A DNA stretch of 64,000 nucleotides from Camelus ferus (taxonomy: Eukaryota): NCBI RefSeq assembly GCF_009834535.1, contig NC_045712.1, positions 4,278,001-4,342,000 of the forward strand, written 5' to 3'. Shown here piece by piece: positions 11,781 through 25,870 of the stretch; the stretch's first letter is position 1; the number at the start of each line of letters is the position of its first letter. The translations under genes were made by a program, and so were the position numbers. Under the pieces are notes generated by a model. The model saw only the letters and a program-made list of their open reading frames with translations. It was not told the origin of the DNA and made no database searches.

Positions 11781-14700
11781 TACAAAGGGTGCTAAAATGT
11801 CCTAGAATAATTTAAAAATTTGATACCAGTTCATTCAGATTTCCTTATGTAGTGGGTGTAACAGATGGCACCTGGGGTTGGAAAGACAATAAAATAAAAA
11901 CAGAAACAAATACTTCCTTGCTAGCACTGACCTATCTGATGCTGTGTTTACATTGGAGTTCTGCAAGTTGGATGGTCATATTATTGAATGCAACACCACA
12001 AATGTGTTAGTCTTAAAGTCTTATCCATAAAAATTTTGAAACTGAATAATGCTGAACAGGAATCATGCCCCTCATGCTCCCCTAGTCATTTCATTCAGGC
12101 CCCATCAGCTCCCCTCTAGGGTCCCCAGAACCCTCAATGGGGTTCTCTTCCAGGACCCTCCCTCCAATGACCCAATGCTTCTGAAGTACTTTCAGGACCT
12201 CCAGACACTATTACCTTCCCCATAGATTCCCTCAGGCTCCCTAAGACACACTCAGGACCCTCCAGGCCCCTTAAGCCCCCCTCACAGGCTCTCAACTCCC
12301 CACAGGCTACACTAAGATCCCTGAAGGCCTGCAAAATTCCCTTAGTCTTCTCTGGGCCCCTGGCTCCTCTGGTTACTCAGCAGAACCCAACGTGCTCTCT
12401 TCCTGGACATGTCCTGGGTAGATTCACCCCAGGTGAGGTGCAGCCAAATTCTCTAGCTCCTTATCAAGTGGAATTACTGCTGGGGGCCTCCTGATAGCTC
12501 TGGAAGATGCTGTGTGGAGTGGAGAGCAGTTAGGGAGAAAGGGTCACTGTTCCTTAGTGCCTATTTGGGAAGGAAAAGTACTGCTGCCGAGTACTTGGGT
12601 GTGTGGGTAGGGGGTGGGTCCCAGAGGCTCTGTGGGCTCAATATTGCCTTCATGGGGTATATTTTTCTGAATCTCTGGAAAATTGCTCCCATTAAGGGGT
12701 TGGGGCCAGAAGGGGCTTGGGTTGGAAAATCTTCAATATCTATGTTTAGGTTTTTGAGATTTTTTTCCTCCAAATGTTTCGCCAATTATGAGTTTGTTGA
12801 TACGTTATATGCAGACACTTAAAATACAGCTTATTTTTGTGTGTCCCGATTTTGTCATTTCTTCATTTGTAAACATCTACTGGGAATCTCAAAGCATAGA
12901 TTTTTGGCCATTCTCCACATCTAAATGACTGACTCCACCAGTAAATTTCAGTGCTTAATTACCACCAATTTACTCTCAAAAGGGCCAGCTTCTATCTACT
13001 CACTCATTCATTCTTCCTTTCAACAGATAGGTTCTGAGAGCACAGATGTTAGCAGCAGTAGCAAGGACCAGTAAGGGTGCTGGCATTTTCTTACACAGGG
13101 CCTCGTGTTTAAGACTTGCTGTCACAGTGCCCCGTGTAACAAAAGCTGATAAGGGGCACACACTGCTCAGTGGGGACACTTAAAAAGGAAAGTCAACTCA
13201 GTTTGGGGACATTCGTCTCATCAGAGAAAGAGAGGTTGGGTCTGAGACTCAAAGGCTGAGTGGAAGTTTTCCAGGGGAATTAAGTGGGACTGTTACAGGA
13301 GGGAGAGAAGACTTAACAAGATTGACATCCTTCAGGAACATAGCACCTTCGTAAAACACATTGTTGATTATGTCTAGACCTTGGATACTGGCTGGAGGTT
13401 AGAAAAAAATTGGAATGGGGTCTTGTATATCACTCTAAGAGGCCTGGCTTTCTTTGAGGGCGATGGGAAGAATACCAAACATATTTCATTTTAAGCTGGG
13501 GATAGAAAATATTCTCAATTCTTTAATGAACAACTCTGAGCTCAGAGTCATAACTGTAAAGATTAACAACTATAAATACAGTGGGCTATTTTACGCCATC
13601 ATTTTCAAAGTTGTATTGCATGCCTACTCTGGGACAGGGGCCAATGCTCAGTGTTGGGGCTTGCAGTGGTTAGCACCAGTTCTGCCTCCTGCCTTCATGC
13701 TGTTGCAGTGCAGGTAGCTTCTGCGCCTAGTTAAAATGAAAGAAAAATGACACCCTCTCAACGTGTCAGTGCTGATTGCCGCAGCTGGCTGTCAGTAGCC
13801 AATTTTGCTATTCTGTATTGCACAGATCAGTGGGAACCAGGGGACCCTACGCCTTAGTTACCACAGTCAGAATAAAGCGAAGGACAAATGGCATTCCCTG
13901 CTGCCTTTTTCAGTCTGGACGAAAATGTCCAGTGCTGAAGAACAGCTAAATGCTTCCTTTTGTGTATGTCTGATTGTGGACAGCGGTGACCAAAGCTGTG
14001 AAATCAAATAGAGAGAAATAGGCAGACTCACCAGTGAACTAACAGAACATTCACAATGGGTGCAGATGACAAAGCACATTTTCAGCACTACATGAAATCT
14101 TTACCTTCCACCCAATGGGGAATCTTATCTACTCCCTGAAGTGTTCCGTCACTTATTTCCCTTTGGTCTGACTTTGGAACTCAACTGTATTAGAAGGTTC
14201 CATGCTACTTTCTGAATTTTCTCAGAAGATACTTCTCCTGGGGTCACCAGATAAACAGGCCCACCAGATACACAGCAAAACAACTGTTCAACACATGTAT
14301 GAATTTCCCCTTTTGTTATAATATTCATAGAAATACACCAACTTTAAGAGAGCTCTGCTTATTTAATGTCGAGAAAAAATTCTAGGCATATACAGTATAA
14401 TGATACATGAGGTAATATCAGAGCCCTGGATTTCAAAGAAATTATTTCAGACTTTTAAAAGAGAGGAAAATCATTACATGAATATGTAAATAGACCAGTA
14501 ACTGAATCATAAGTACAAAAGAGTTTCACAATTCTATGTTTCCAAAATGCTACTTTTATTATGATTTTGGTGTTCCTCCAAAGCAGTCTGGTTATATGTA
14601 TGTGCACGTGTATATGTGAGTGTGTGTGTTCTGAGACAACTGTTTTTCAAATTGTGAAGTACTCAGCCTTTTCACTCTAAGCAGAGGGGAGAATGGGGGA

Positions 14701-15429
14701 AAACTATCTGACAGATAGAAGGAGAAATATATTTCATCTAAAAATAAAGAGATTACTATCTTTACACGTAGAGTGTATAAACTTGGATTTTAAAAACAGA
14801 TTAACCACAATTTACTTTGCTTGAGTTACCAGGATACTGAGAGAGGAAGAAAAATTAAATTGGATCTTACTGCTATTTATTAGCATTCCAGATATTGAGG
14901 GAAAAACATTTTCATTGAAATCTTGCTGGTTTATCTTGATTTTCTAGTGAGTACACTTAATGTTGCATTGATAAAATGTTTAAGTTCCCCATTTATTAAA
15001 CTGCATTTTTCTATATAGCATATGCATGCATCATTATTTTCAAGGAATGATTATTTTAACAATAAATAACACAGTGATATTAAGAATAACTGATACTGAC
15101 TTCCATAAATTAACTAATCATTTAAAATTCTAATATATTATCTTAGTTACCCAGAGGACTAAATCTTAGTTTATGTAAAATGGAAACATTATTTTTTGAA
15201 AGATCTATTCTGAGAACATTCATAAGCATGCTATAATTCAGAGAAGTAGATTCTTCAAAAGCCATACATAGAAAACTAGTTGTTTATTATTATTAGTTAG
15301 CTCTTCCTAACTAAAACTTTCTATCCTTTGTTTTACTATATCTCTTTAATAAAGACATTCATCAAGAAAGCATTTTCATACTGTTTATGGCTTTAACTAA
15401 AATTGTTTAATCACCTACAAATATAGATA

Positions 15430-18040
15430 CTTTTATGTCTCTATCTTTATAAATCTGCTCTTTTTTGAATAACATGTTATTTAACACACAAAAGACACAC
15501 AGATATTAAGATTATATTTAACTGAGTTTTGATAAATGGATATATGGGGCTTTACTATCACTGAAATCAAGATATAGAGCATTTTCATTATCCCACAAAG
15601 TTTTTTCATCGTCTTTACTGGTTAGTCCTACTACCTGCTGAGTCAACCTATAACCTTAATTCTGTTACTGCAGATTAATTTTGCTTGTTCTTAAAAGTCA
15701 TAAATATTGAATCATAGTGTAATTACTAATTTGTGTTTGGCTACTTTTACTTACTATAATATTTTTAAAAAATTAATCCATATCGCATGACTGAGAAATG
15801 TGTTCCTTTTTTCCTGAGAAGCATTCTGTTTTATGAATATACAACAATATTTGTCTATTATGTTCATGGAAATTTGGGATGTTTCAAGCTTTGAGCTATT
15901 ATGAATAAGTCACCTATCAACATTGTTGTACAAAACTTTTATGGACATACACTTTCAATTTTCTTGGTTATTGTTGGATCATAAGGTATTTATTATGTTT
16001 TTAACTCTATCAGAAACTCTCAGTTTTCTAGCATGGCTGTATATTTTACATTTTACCTTCCTTATCTAAGTGGTTCAGTTTTCCACATTCTTGTCAGCTT
16101 TTGTATTTGTCGAACTTTTTACTGTTAACCATTATAGTGAATGTGAAGCAGCATCTCATTTTAGTTTTAATTTGTATATCTCCATTATAGCTAATAATGC
16201 CAAGCATCATATGAAGTGGTCATTGACTTTTCATAATCTTCTGTAAAGTATTTCTTCACAAGTGTTTTGCCTACTTTTTAAATTGGATTGTTTACATACA
16301 GTTGGTTTGTATCCTGGATAATAGTCCTTTGTCAGGTGTCTATTACAGACATTTCCCACAGATTGGGGTTTGCTCTTCCATTTTCTTATCTGCAACATGT
16401 ACAAAGATTGTCATTTTGACAAGGTCTGATTTATCAACTCTTTTTGCATTGTTATTGTTTAAAGAATTTTAAAAATCATCTCTGCCTATGTTACTCTTAT
16501 AAAGATATTCTTCCATAGCTTTTATGTTTAGTTCTATGCTAAATCTAAAATTAATTTTTCTTCATGGTATGAAGCAAAATTCAGCTTTGGCATCAACTGT
16601 TGAAGAACTTTTTATTTATCTATAGAATTGCAGCAACATGTCAAAAATCAATTTACCATACATATATGTCTATTTCAGTACTTTGAATTATGTATCCTTG
16701 ATTTATGTGTCCTTATATGAACACCATGCTCTCTAATTATTGTGGATTCAAAGTGAGTCATGAAATCAGTTATAATATGCCCTTCAAGTTTGTAATATTT
16801 CTTCAAGATTGTCTCAAACATTCTAGGTTCTTTGGATTTTTATGTAATTATTACAGTAAGCTCATTCATTTCTTAAGCCTTTTGGGATTTTTATTGTGCC
16901 ATATTAATAACCAATCAGTCTCTTAATACACAATCTTATAACTAATGTCCCCATCAATTCTCAAATCTGTATTTTGTCTGTCAGTAATATTTTGTCTATT
17001 TTCATATAATATTTTCAGTATATTGGTTTTCTTTCATGTGTTTCATTACATTTGCTCCTAGTATTTTTGTTTATTTTTTGATGTTATTGTAAATGGTGTT
17101 TTAAAAATTATACTTTTTAATTGTTTGTTGATTCTGTGTGTATGTATGTGTGTGTATGTGTGTGTATTTCATTGACTGTATTCTGAGCCCATGCCAAAAT
17201 TACTTGTTAGTTCAGTTAGTTCCTTTGTAAATCCCTTTGGATTTTTTCATGTATGCAATCATGTTATCTTCTTTCTGTTATTTACATTTTTTTACATTTC
17301 TTTATCCTTTATATTAAACTAATCAGGACCTCCAACACGATGTTGAATAGAGATATTCTCGGAAAACATCTTTGTTTTGTTGTTGATCTTTTCAAGAAAA
17401 GTATTTGATTTTTTAAATTACTTATAATGTTAACTTTAGAATATTTGTAGATGCACTACCTCTTTAAAATTTTTTGTTTGTTTGCTGAACATTTTTATTT
17501 AGTATGAATAGGTGTTGAGTTTTGTCAGCTGCTTTTCTGCATCATTGTAATGATATGGTTTTTCTTTCTTCTGTTAATGGGGTGAATTCCACTGACTGAT
17601 TTTTTAATATGAGTTCAGTCTTACATTCCTCAGTTGTTAGAAGTATGTTGTCCAATGTATATATCTCTAGACTAGATGTGCTTATATTTTTGAAGGAATT
17701 TTGTGTCTATGTTCATGAGTTGTATTGGCTTGTAGATTTTTCTTTTAATATCTATATTATATTTTATTATAGTATTATAAATATGTGCATATATATAAAC
17801 ATTAGGTATTATCTATTTATATTATATTATATAATATAACCAATATTATTATGTATAATTTATAATAATATAAATTCATTATTTTATATGTGCATGCCTC
17901 CTTTAATTCTTTGTTACTAGGTATAATACTCTTATCAAATGAGTGGGAAATTTTCACTTTTTCTCTATTGTCTGAATAAAATTACAGTTGATACGTCTTC
18001 TGTAAGTATTTGATGAATTTACCAATGGATTCATCTGAAC
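15430..18040 (-). mobile_element. Old L1 (L1MC/L1ME-type) 3' portion, about 2.6 kb, degenerate
   Basis: T-rich L1 3'UTR motifs (aatcaagatatagagcattttcattatccc). A decayed ORF2 RT motif near 17490-17545 reads DAE(K)AADKTQHLF versus DAEKAFDKIQHPF, with a 1-nt deletion. Confidence 0.8.
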
Positions 18041-21000
18041 TCACAGGAAAAAAAGAAAAGAAAAGAAAAATAAGTAACCAAAGCTATAGGAAGGTAGGTA
18101 ACCAAAGAAGTTCAGGAGGTCAGAATTAAGGTCTAGTTGCAGAGTCATGGACAGTCTCACATCTCAAAATAACTTTCCACCCATTGAAAAAAAGAATTCT
18201 GTGTCACTTTGCTCAAGATCCAACTTCCAGGGAAAGCAAGCATGACTATTCATGTTTAGGGCAAGTGACAACTTTTGGCCAAAGGTTAGGATTGGGAGGT
18301 TAGTGACTGAGATGGGTATTCCCAAAACAAATACATTAGAAGTTTCAAGGTCAGTTCCTCTAGAGAAATTAAAGTGCTATCACAGAGAGAAGTGGATGAA
18401 GGAGAAAGAGAGTGGATGGATAGAAAAGTTGATGTCTAGTGTAATGACCAATTAGATTGTAATTCTTCTATCAGAATATGTAGACTTTTATGATTATTGA
18501 ATCTGAAAAGAGTGTTGAAATACAGGTTGTCGATAGAAGAGGGAATTCATTTTCTTAAATCCAAGATGTTAATGAATATCTCAGTCTTTTCCAAAAGCAG
18601 TTTTTGATGAGAAACAGTTTTGGGTCCCTGAAGAAACTACAATGGCATTACTTGTATATCTTGAATAGGTAAGTTCCTTTTAACAGCTTGTATTTTTTTA
18701 AACCTCAAAGGAACCTACAAGCATTTTAATTGCTCAAGTTTCTGGAGTTAATCCTCCAATCACTTTCTGGCCATTGTTATAAATAATAATCTTCATTAAT
18801 GCAATGACAGCAAACTCTTCTGATTCACAGTAAAGTACAAGGAAAGCATAAAGATAGTTATTCAATAGAAACAAACAAACAAAAAAACAAGGAAAAAAGT
18901 CTCCTGACAATTTAATACCTTACAACTAAGGAGACCTTCACATATTATTTAAGATATTTAATTTTCACAACATGCATCAATGATAATCTTTAAAAAATCT
19001 ATACACTAAATGGAATTTTAAACTCTCTTAGTTCTTTCTCTCTAGGATTGTAAATTAACTTTTCCACCAAGAAATAGAATAGAGACATTTATTTCCTTAA
19101 GCAATTTGGGTTGTTCAGCTTCACATGAAGTGCAAATTAATGGTCCTTGTATGATGAATAAAAAAACCTTAGTGGTAATGAGAAAGGCAGTTGATGATGT
19201 CAGCAAAGAGTGTTCTGATGTTTGAATGTAATTATTTGAAGTTCATATGTTACAGAAGTCATGGATTTAACTAGTCCTCAGTCCAGGATTCAGAGAAAAT
19301 TCCTTCTAGGTGAGATTAAATGCTTATTGTGGGCAAGTACAGTTGAATAAAACATTGGCTTGGTGCTCCAGAATCATAGAATTTACGACTGAAAATGGAT
19401 TCTCATGATCCTTCTAGGTTAAACCTCTTGTAATCATCAATGAGAAAATAGGTCCAAAAATAGTAAATGATTTTTCCCTTTTACCTCATTAGCTACTGGG
19501 TTGCTTTAGATTCTCTCTACAATATTATTTCCACTCTATCTCTGTATGATTCATTGTTAATAAAGATTATATTTACTGAACTCCACTCCCTTCCAAATGC
19601 AATTCTTCCAGGGCCTCTTGTCCCCCACAACGTCTCTCCTTCTCCTCTTAGCTAAAATTTATCTCTTTTTATTCTCACCTCCTATGGATGACCGCTAACA
19701 AAGTTTGTTGTCTTTTTATATGATGATGTCATAGGAGAATAGCATGCAATTCTTTCTTTTTGTGGGAGGATTCCTTTTTCCACCACCTACAGTGTAAGCT
19801 TCCTGAGGGAGGCTAAGACTGTTGTGTCTGATTAATGATAACGTATTGTGCTCTCTCTGTATGCATCGCAAATGGTTCTTGTGTGGTTGTCTTGGAAGTT
19901 AGCACAGATCAGAGTGTCAATGAAATCAATGCCTTTCACTTGTTTTATGTTTGGTTTAGTGTGAGAGAGGTTGCTTTTCAAGGTCAACTTTCCCTTATTC
20001 CCTGGCATCCAATCCAAGGACAAGAAACAGACAGCATCTTGAGGAACTTGAGGTGGTGTCGGGTGGGGAAATGGTTTTCTAGTCAATACCAGTGATAATT
20101 AACAAAATAGAAATATAGTTTAAGGGCATGATTTTATAAAAACAAATTCTAGAGGTCTGGGTAACATTGTACAAATCACTTAATACCTATTACATGGACT
20201 GGGAAATAATAGATTATTAAGTCTGGGTTTAGTCTTAGCACTAAATTTTTGTCACTTGGGTTTACTTACCTCACTGGATCTTAGTTTCCTCTGCTGTTAG
20301 ATGAGAAATAAGAACAAGTGGGTCATAGCCTAATAGAGCTCCTTCTAGCCTGCCTCCACAAATCAAACCAGGCACTGCACTGAATGGGAGCCTTGGGATC
20401 GTTCTGTGTTTTTAAACCTCTCTCCACATCTTCACATCTGATCCTGTACTGCGTCCAGTCTTACTGGCTAGCATCCCTACTGCTTGTTTTCTCATTGTGC
20501 AGCACAAAGTTGAGGCAAGATGAGCGGTAATTGGCACTCAGTTGAAATTTAACAGGGTAGGTGATTACGTTCTAGGATGTTATCTGAACTTGAGACATGA
20601 AAGCCAATATTTAAGTAGAATCTCTTTGGCAGCCACATACTCTCATTTCATCAGAAAAGTTCCTTTGAATTGGAGTGTCTTTCAGATAACAACTTTCACA
20701 TCACCTTGTGACCATCAGCATTTGGTAGGAATAAGTGGCTCACCATGTGAACTAATATGTCATAAAGCTAAGAGGAAAGTAAAATTTGCCTAGTAGACAG
20801 GAGTTCTGTTTTCAGTATAATTAGGCCTCCTTTCATTATTATAGCGTATCAGCACACAATCTCAGAACACAGTGCAAATCTGAATCATTCCTCGTGCAGT
20901 TATTTGGACTGTGACAGGACAATTATGATAGTATATGAATTTTACTGTCTTTTTTTATTTCTCTGTGATATTTGGAGAAAAAAATGTCATGCTTGGACTT

Positions 21001-22619
21001 TACTTTTCAAACTTTAAACTCATAAGATAGATGAGCAGTTGAACAATAAGACATCTGGTAAGGAAAGATGCTGCTAGCCAGGGAATCGCCATGGAAACCA
21101 CCAAAGACATGGATTATGAAGATGAACAACTTTGAGTTAATGTCTTTTCAGGGTTGTGCCATTTTGGTTCATTGATTCATATGTTGAAGTGTCTTTTAGA
21201 GGAACTGCTTTCAGAGACACAGAACAGTCTCCCAAGATTCATTATGGAGTAAAATTCAAAACAAGTCAGACTCAAGTTCTTCAAGGAAGAAAAGCTAACA
21301 AATAAAATATTTCAAAGAAACATAAATCCTTGCTAAAGTATAATCACATATGACTTGGAAATTGAGCCACTAGATTTACCCCAAGTAGAGTATTATCATA
21401 GGACTGCAATAATTGTCTCATTTCAAGTGTTGTATCATGGAATTCCTATATGTAATTAGTCATCAGATAGTGTTCCCTGTTCGACTCTCCCTACTTATTA
21501 AATAGCAGTTGATGCTACATATAAGCTCTAGGTTAAATTCAGCTATAGAGCATTGTATCTATTTTGGAATTAAATGGAATATGACCAAGGACAATGTTTT
21601 TTAAGTTTAGAAATGATGTATACTTTAAGAAATATAGTGAGACCCTTTTAAAAAATGAAAAGTCGTCAAATGGAATGTAATTGATGAGCAAGAAAATGAC
21701 TGGTCCAGCTGCAAGTATGTAATTTGCCCTCCAGCAGTTAAATGTCTCAGCCTTCTAAAACAGAGATGCCTCTTCTCTTCTTGAAGTTCTCCAGGGAGGA
21801 AATCTCAGCAACTTCATTTGATAATCCTTATCAGGGTTTTATCAATTTGACAGTCCAGAAGTTCTTCTTTATGTCCTACGGAAATCTCTCTTGTAGCCTG
21901 TTTTCTCTAGGTGGGTTTTCAGTTAAGCAAAAAGCAGAAAAAGTTCTGTGCTCTTCTCAGAAGCATCACTCACATACCCGAGTTGTTGCATCTTAATAGT
22001 ATCTTCTCTGGGCTAAATTAAAACTGTCCTCTTATGTTTTGAACGCATAGGAGGCCCTTTGGAGTTGCTTTTTCCCTGACCATGAGTTTTTGAAGTAGGA
22101 GGTAGCTTCTCCCTTATGTTTAGCTCCAGGAAAATAGTAACAGCTACCTTTGTACAGTACTGCATAGTACTTTGCAATATAAAAATCATTTCATGTGAAT
22201 TATTTCGTTAGATCTACAACATCAACCCTGTTAATTAGGCAGAGAATGAAATCTTCATTTATATTTTCAGGATTATGTGAACTAAGTATTCATGTGAATT
22301 AAAGTACTGGTAAATAAACCCAGCTGAAAATGTTGGGCCCTTGATGCATACCAGACACAGAGCTGCCTGCTTTGCCATATTACTTTTTTTTGCTGCTACT
22401 TCATGTGCTTATCAGAGACTATCACATGAATTTTATAGTTAGGAAAAACATATACAATGAACACAATAAAATAAATTTTGCTAAGGCTGTATAGCTGGTA
22501 AACAGAGTTGGGATTTGGACTCGTGTCTCTGCAATTAAGGACAGAAAATTTCCTGCTTGTAAACAGCTACCTCTTTCCTCGCAGCCTTTTTTTGGTAGCC
22601 AGGTATAAAATACAGCAAA

Positions 22620-22740
22620 AGTAACAAATTGCTATGGTGATTACATTAGGTAACGTTTTAATCAGTGCTTAACACGACACGTACATAGTAAGCGCTCAAT
22701 TAATGTTAGCTCTTGCTATTACTATTATTAGTGTTAAATG
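22620..22740 (+). mobile_element. MIR 3' fragment
   Basis: acatagtaagcgctcaattaatgttagctcttgctattactattatta. Confidence 0.75.
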
Positions 22741-23423
22741 CACAATAGAGGAATAAAACAGTTTGGTTCAGATCATTAAAAGCAATAGAAAGTGATTGCA
22801 TCTAATCTAAGTTCAATAACTCTTTACTAAACTTTGCAAAAAAAAAAAAACTTATAATGCAATTCATGTTACTTAGGAAGAACTTCAGATTGACTTTCAA
22901 ATCTAAAAGTCAACAGTGTAATACAGGATTTTCCAAGAATGAAAGAAACCTTGATGTGAGGAACAATCAAGAATCTGAGTGTAGTGCTGCAGATAAATTA
23001 GATAAATTATTATAGTGGACATTAGATACAAATGTCTACTGCTGTGAAATGTCTAATATTTAAAAATCAGTTCTTTGATTTCCTCTCAGAGAGAAGAATA
23101 GTGAATAATTTATCTCTTGACTATGAACATTATTATGTGATGCTTCTGAAATAGACTTCTCACTTTTAAGCTCCTTACTTTTACAAGTACTCAATCTAAG
23201 AAATTCTCGTTATCATTAAAGAAGTGAAAGTGCATTTTTCTTTCTAACTTTTCCCCCAAAGTATGATAATGCTTTCTTTCCTAGTATTAAACTATAAGTA
23301 GTTTGTTTATAATAAATCTACTCAGGGCAGTGAATCAAAGTTTAAGAGTTCTGGATTCTAGTTCAGCTTTGCCACTTGGTTGTTTCATGATCGAGTCATT
23401 AAATTGTTTCTCAATTCCCTTGG

Positions 23424-23762
23424 TGTTATAAACTGAGTATTTGTGTCCTCCCAAATTCATATGTTGAAACTTAACACCCAATTTGAAGGTTTTAGGAGGT
23501 GAGGCCTTTGGGAGGTGCTTAGATCATGAGGCTGGGGCCTCACAAATGAGATTTGTGCCCTTCCAGAGAGTTCCCTTGGCACCCCACAATGTGAGGACAT
23601 AGTGAGAAGACAGTGAGGAAGAGGGTTCTCACCAGATACCACAAAGCTGGTGCCTGGACTTTGAAATTCCCAAATTCCAGAACTGTGAGAAATGAATTTC
23701 TATTGTTTATAAGCTACTCAAGCTAAGGTATATTTTAGAAGCAGCCCAAATGGACTAAAACA
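23424..23762 (+). mobile_element. MLT1A-type ERVL-MaLR solo LTR inserted into a MIR
   Basis: tgttataaactgag…tgtgtcctcccaaattcatatgttgaaac…ccagaactgtgagaaatgaatttctattgtttataagctac…gcagcccaaatggactaaaaca. MIR sequence lies on both flanks. Confidence 0.85.
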
Positions 23763-25399
23763 CTCACCAAACACCAATTTTTTCTATCGTAGGGTTATGT
23801 GAATCAGATGAGATAAAGGAAAGAACTTTAAAAATTAAGGCACTATCCCCACCATATATAGAGTTTTTATAGATATAATGCACTTTCTTATTGTGCCTTT
23901 TAATTATAAGATTCTCTGTAGTTTTTAAACATGAACATTTATTTTCTTGATCTATACCCCCTTTCACTATACCCTCTTTCCTTCCTACCTGTCTTTTGTT
24001 CAACACTTTCTTTTTCTGCAAAACTCTTACACAATTTTCAAGTCCTGTGTCAAATATTTCCTTCTCTGAGAATCCTTGTTTAAGTTTCTAGGACTGAGAT
24101 GGTCATTTCCCCAATCTGTGATCTCATCTCTGGCATAACAGTTACCCTGCTGGAATTCAAGTCATGTGTTTAAATATCTGTTTCATTTAGTGGACTGAGT
24201 TCATCACACAGATCAAATTACACCTCCCTCAAATACACATTAACCACAGAATCCTAATACTAGGATAGCTTCGAAGGAGTCATTATAAACCCTAACTACC
24301 ATAATGATCTTTAGGAATGCACATTTGTATTATTTACCTCATCCTTACTCTTCTAGGAGAGATTTTGGGAGAAGGGATTGATACTTTCCTGAAATGAGTC
24401 CACAACCATGTTATCACAATAAACTTAAGGAGCCAGCAACAATCCCACTGCCCCATTCACCTCACCTCCAAGCCCTGTACCTGCCCAGTGATCTCTCAGA
24501 ACTTCCCCTAACCCCTCTGAGAGATCCTCCACCCAGTGCTCTTAGTCACTAGGCACCAGGAAGGCTCATGTGGGCTCCAGAGGTCAGCTCACAGCTTTTG
24601 TGGTCAGATGGACTTAGATTTGAACCTTAACTCTGCCATATACTTTTGTACTACCTTGAACAAATTACCACTTTGAGTGTCTGTTTCCACATCTAGAATG
24701 TGAGGATAAGAACACAAGTATGTTCAAAAAATGTGTGTGTGTGTGTGTGTGAATGAGCCCTTTACAGAGGGCTCAGCACATAATAATCATTTCAGAGATA
24801 TGAATGAAATGATTATTATGGGACTTGGAATTGGACAAATATGAAATTGAATCCTCATTCTGACTTGGCCAATAATTAGCTGACTGGATACATTTTAACC
24901 TCACTGTATGTGTCTCTCTTAAACACACATGCATAGGCACACACACACTGGTCCCTTCTATGCTGTGATATAAAGAGGAATAATATCACTACACTTAAGG
25001 AATGTATTTTCTAGTATATAGGTATAGTGTGCCTCCAAAGGCAGTGGGGTACACCACCCTCAATGTTTGTTCCCTACTAAAAGTAATCAATGGGTTCAGC
25101 AACCCATTGAGTCTAGGCCTAATAAATAGATAAGTTTAAATAACAGGAATTAGTTGTTTCATTAATTGTAAATAGAGATACACTTTATTTTTTCCTTCAA
25201 ATATTCAACTGTATATAAAATATTTATTTTTTAGCCTTAAATGCCTTCCAACTTTGTAAGGTGTTTGCTTATTTATTTTGAGCCTTGTAACCACCAGGAA
25301 GGTGAAGTGAAAAAGGCAATAAACTTATGTTCACTTAAATAAAAAAATCCCCTGAGTTCAAGTGGTTTAATAACTTGTTAGAGTCACAGAGCTAATAAC

Positions 25400-25870
25400 A
25401 AAGTCATAACAACTTTAGTTATTATTCGTTGAGTTTTTACCATGAGCTGAGCAGCATATTTAGTGTTTTACATATATTATCTCAATGGTAGGAGACAGAT
25501 ATTATCTACATTTTAAAGCTAGAGGAACTGAGGCTCACAGTTGTGAAATGCTTTGTCCAAAGGTCCAGAGGCAAAATTGGAAACAAGAATTAACTCCCAA
25601 ACCTGTACTCCATTCTGTATCTTCTCAGGCAGTGAAGTCCAGTGGCTGGACGTGGGCTCTGGAGTGGGGCTGCCTTGGTTTGGGTCCTAAGTCCCTCATA
25701 TTAGCTAAATGATTTGGGGAAAGTTCATCTAATTCTGTAAATATCTTTAAGATAATGATAAGGTAATAGCCTCAATCTTGGGGTCTTGGAATGATTCAGC
25801 ACTATAATATAGGTAAAACTTTTAGTAAAGTGCATACCGCATTCTGAATAATACCTTTTATTATTAGTTC
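25400..25870. mobile_element. Two MIRs head-to-head (- then +)
   Basis: ctacattttaaagctagaggaactgaggctcacag…ccaaggtccagag (-), then cagtggctggacgtgggctctggagtgggg…ttggtttgggtcc (+). Confidence 0.7.

Noticed and set aside
12405-12414. Perfect p53 half-site GGACATGTCC
   Set aside because: Only one decamer, with no adjacent second half-site, so it is not a credible response element on its own.
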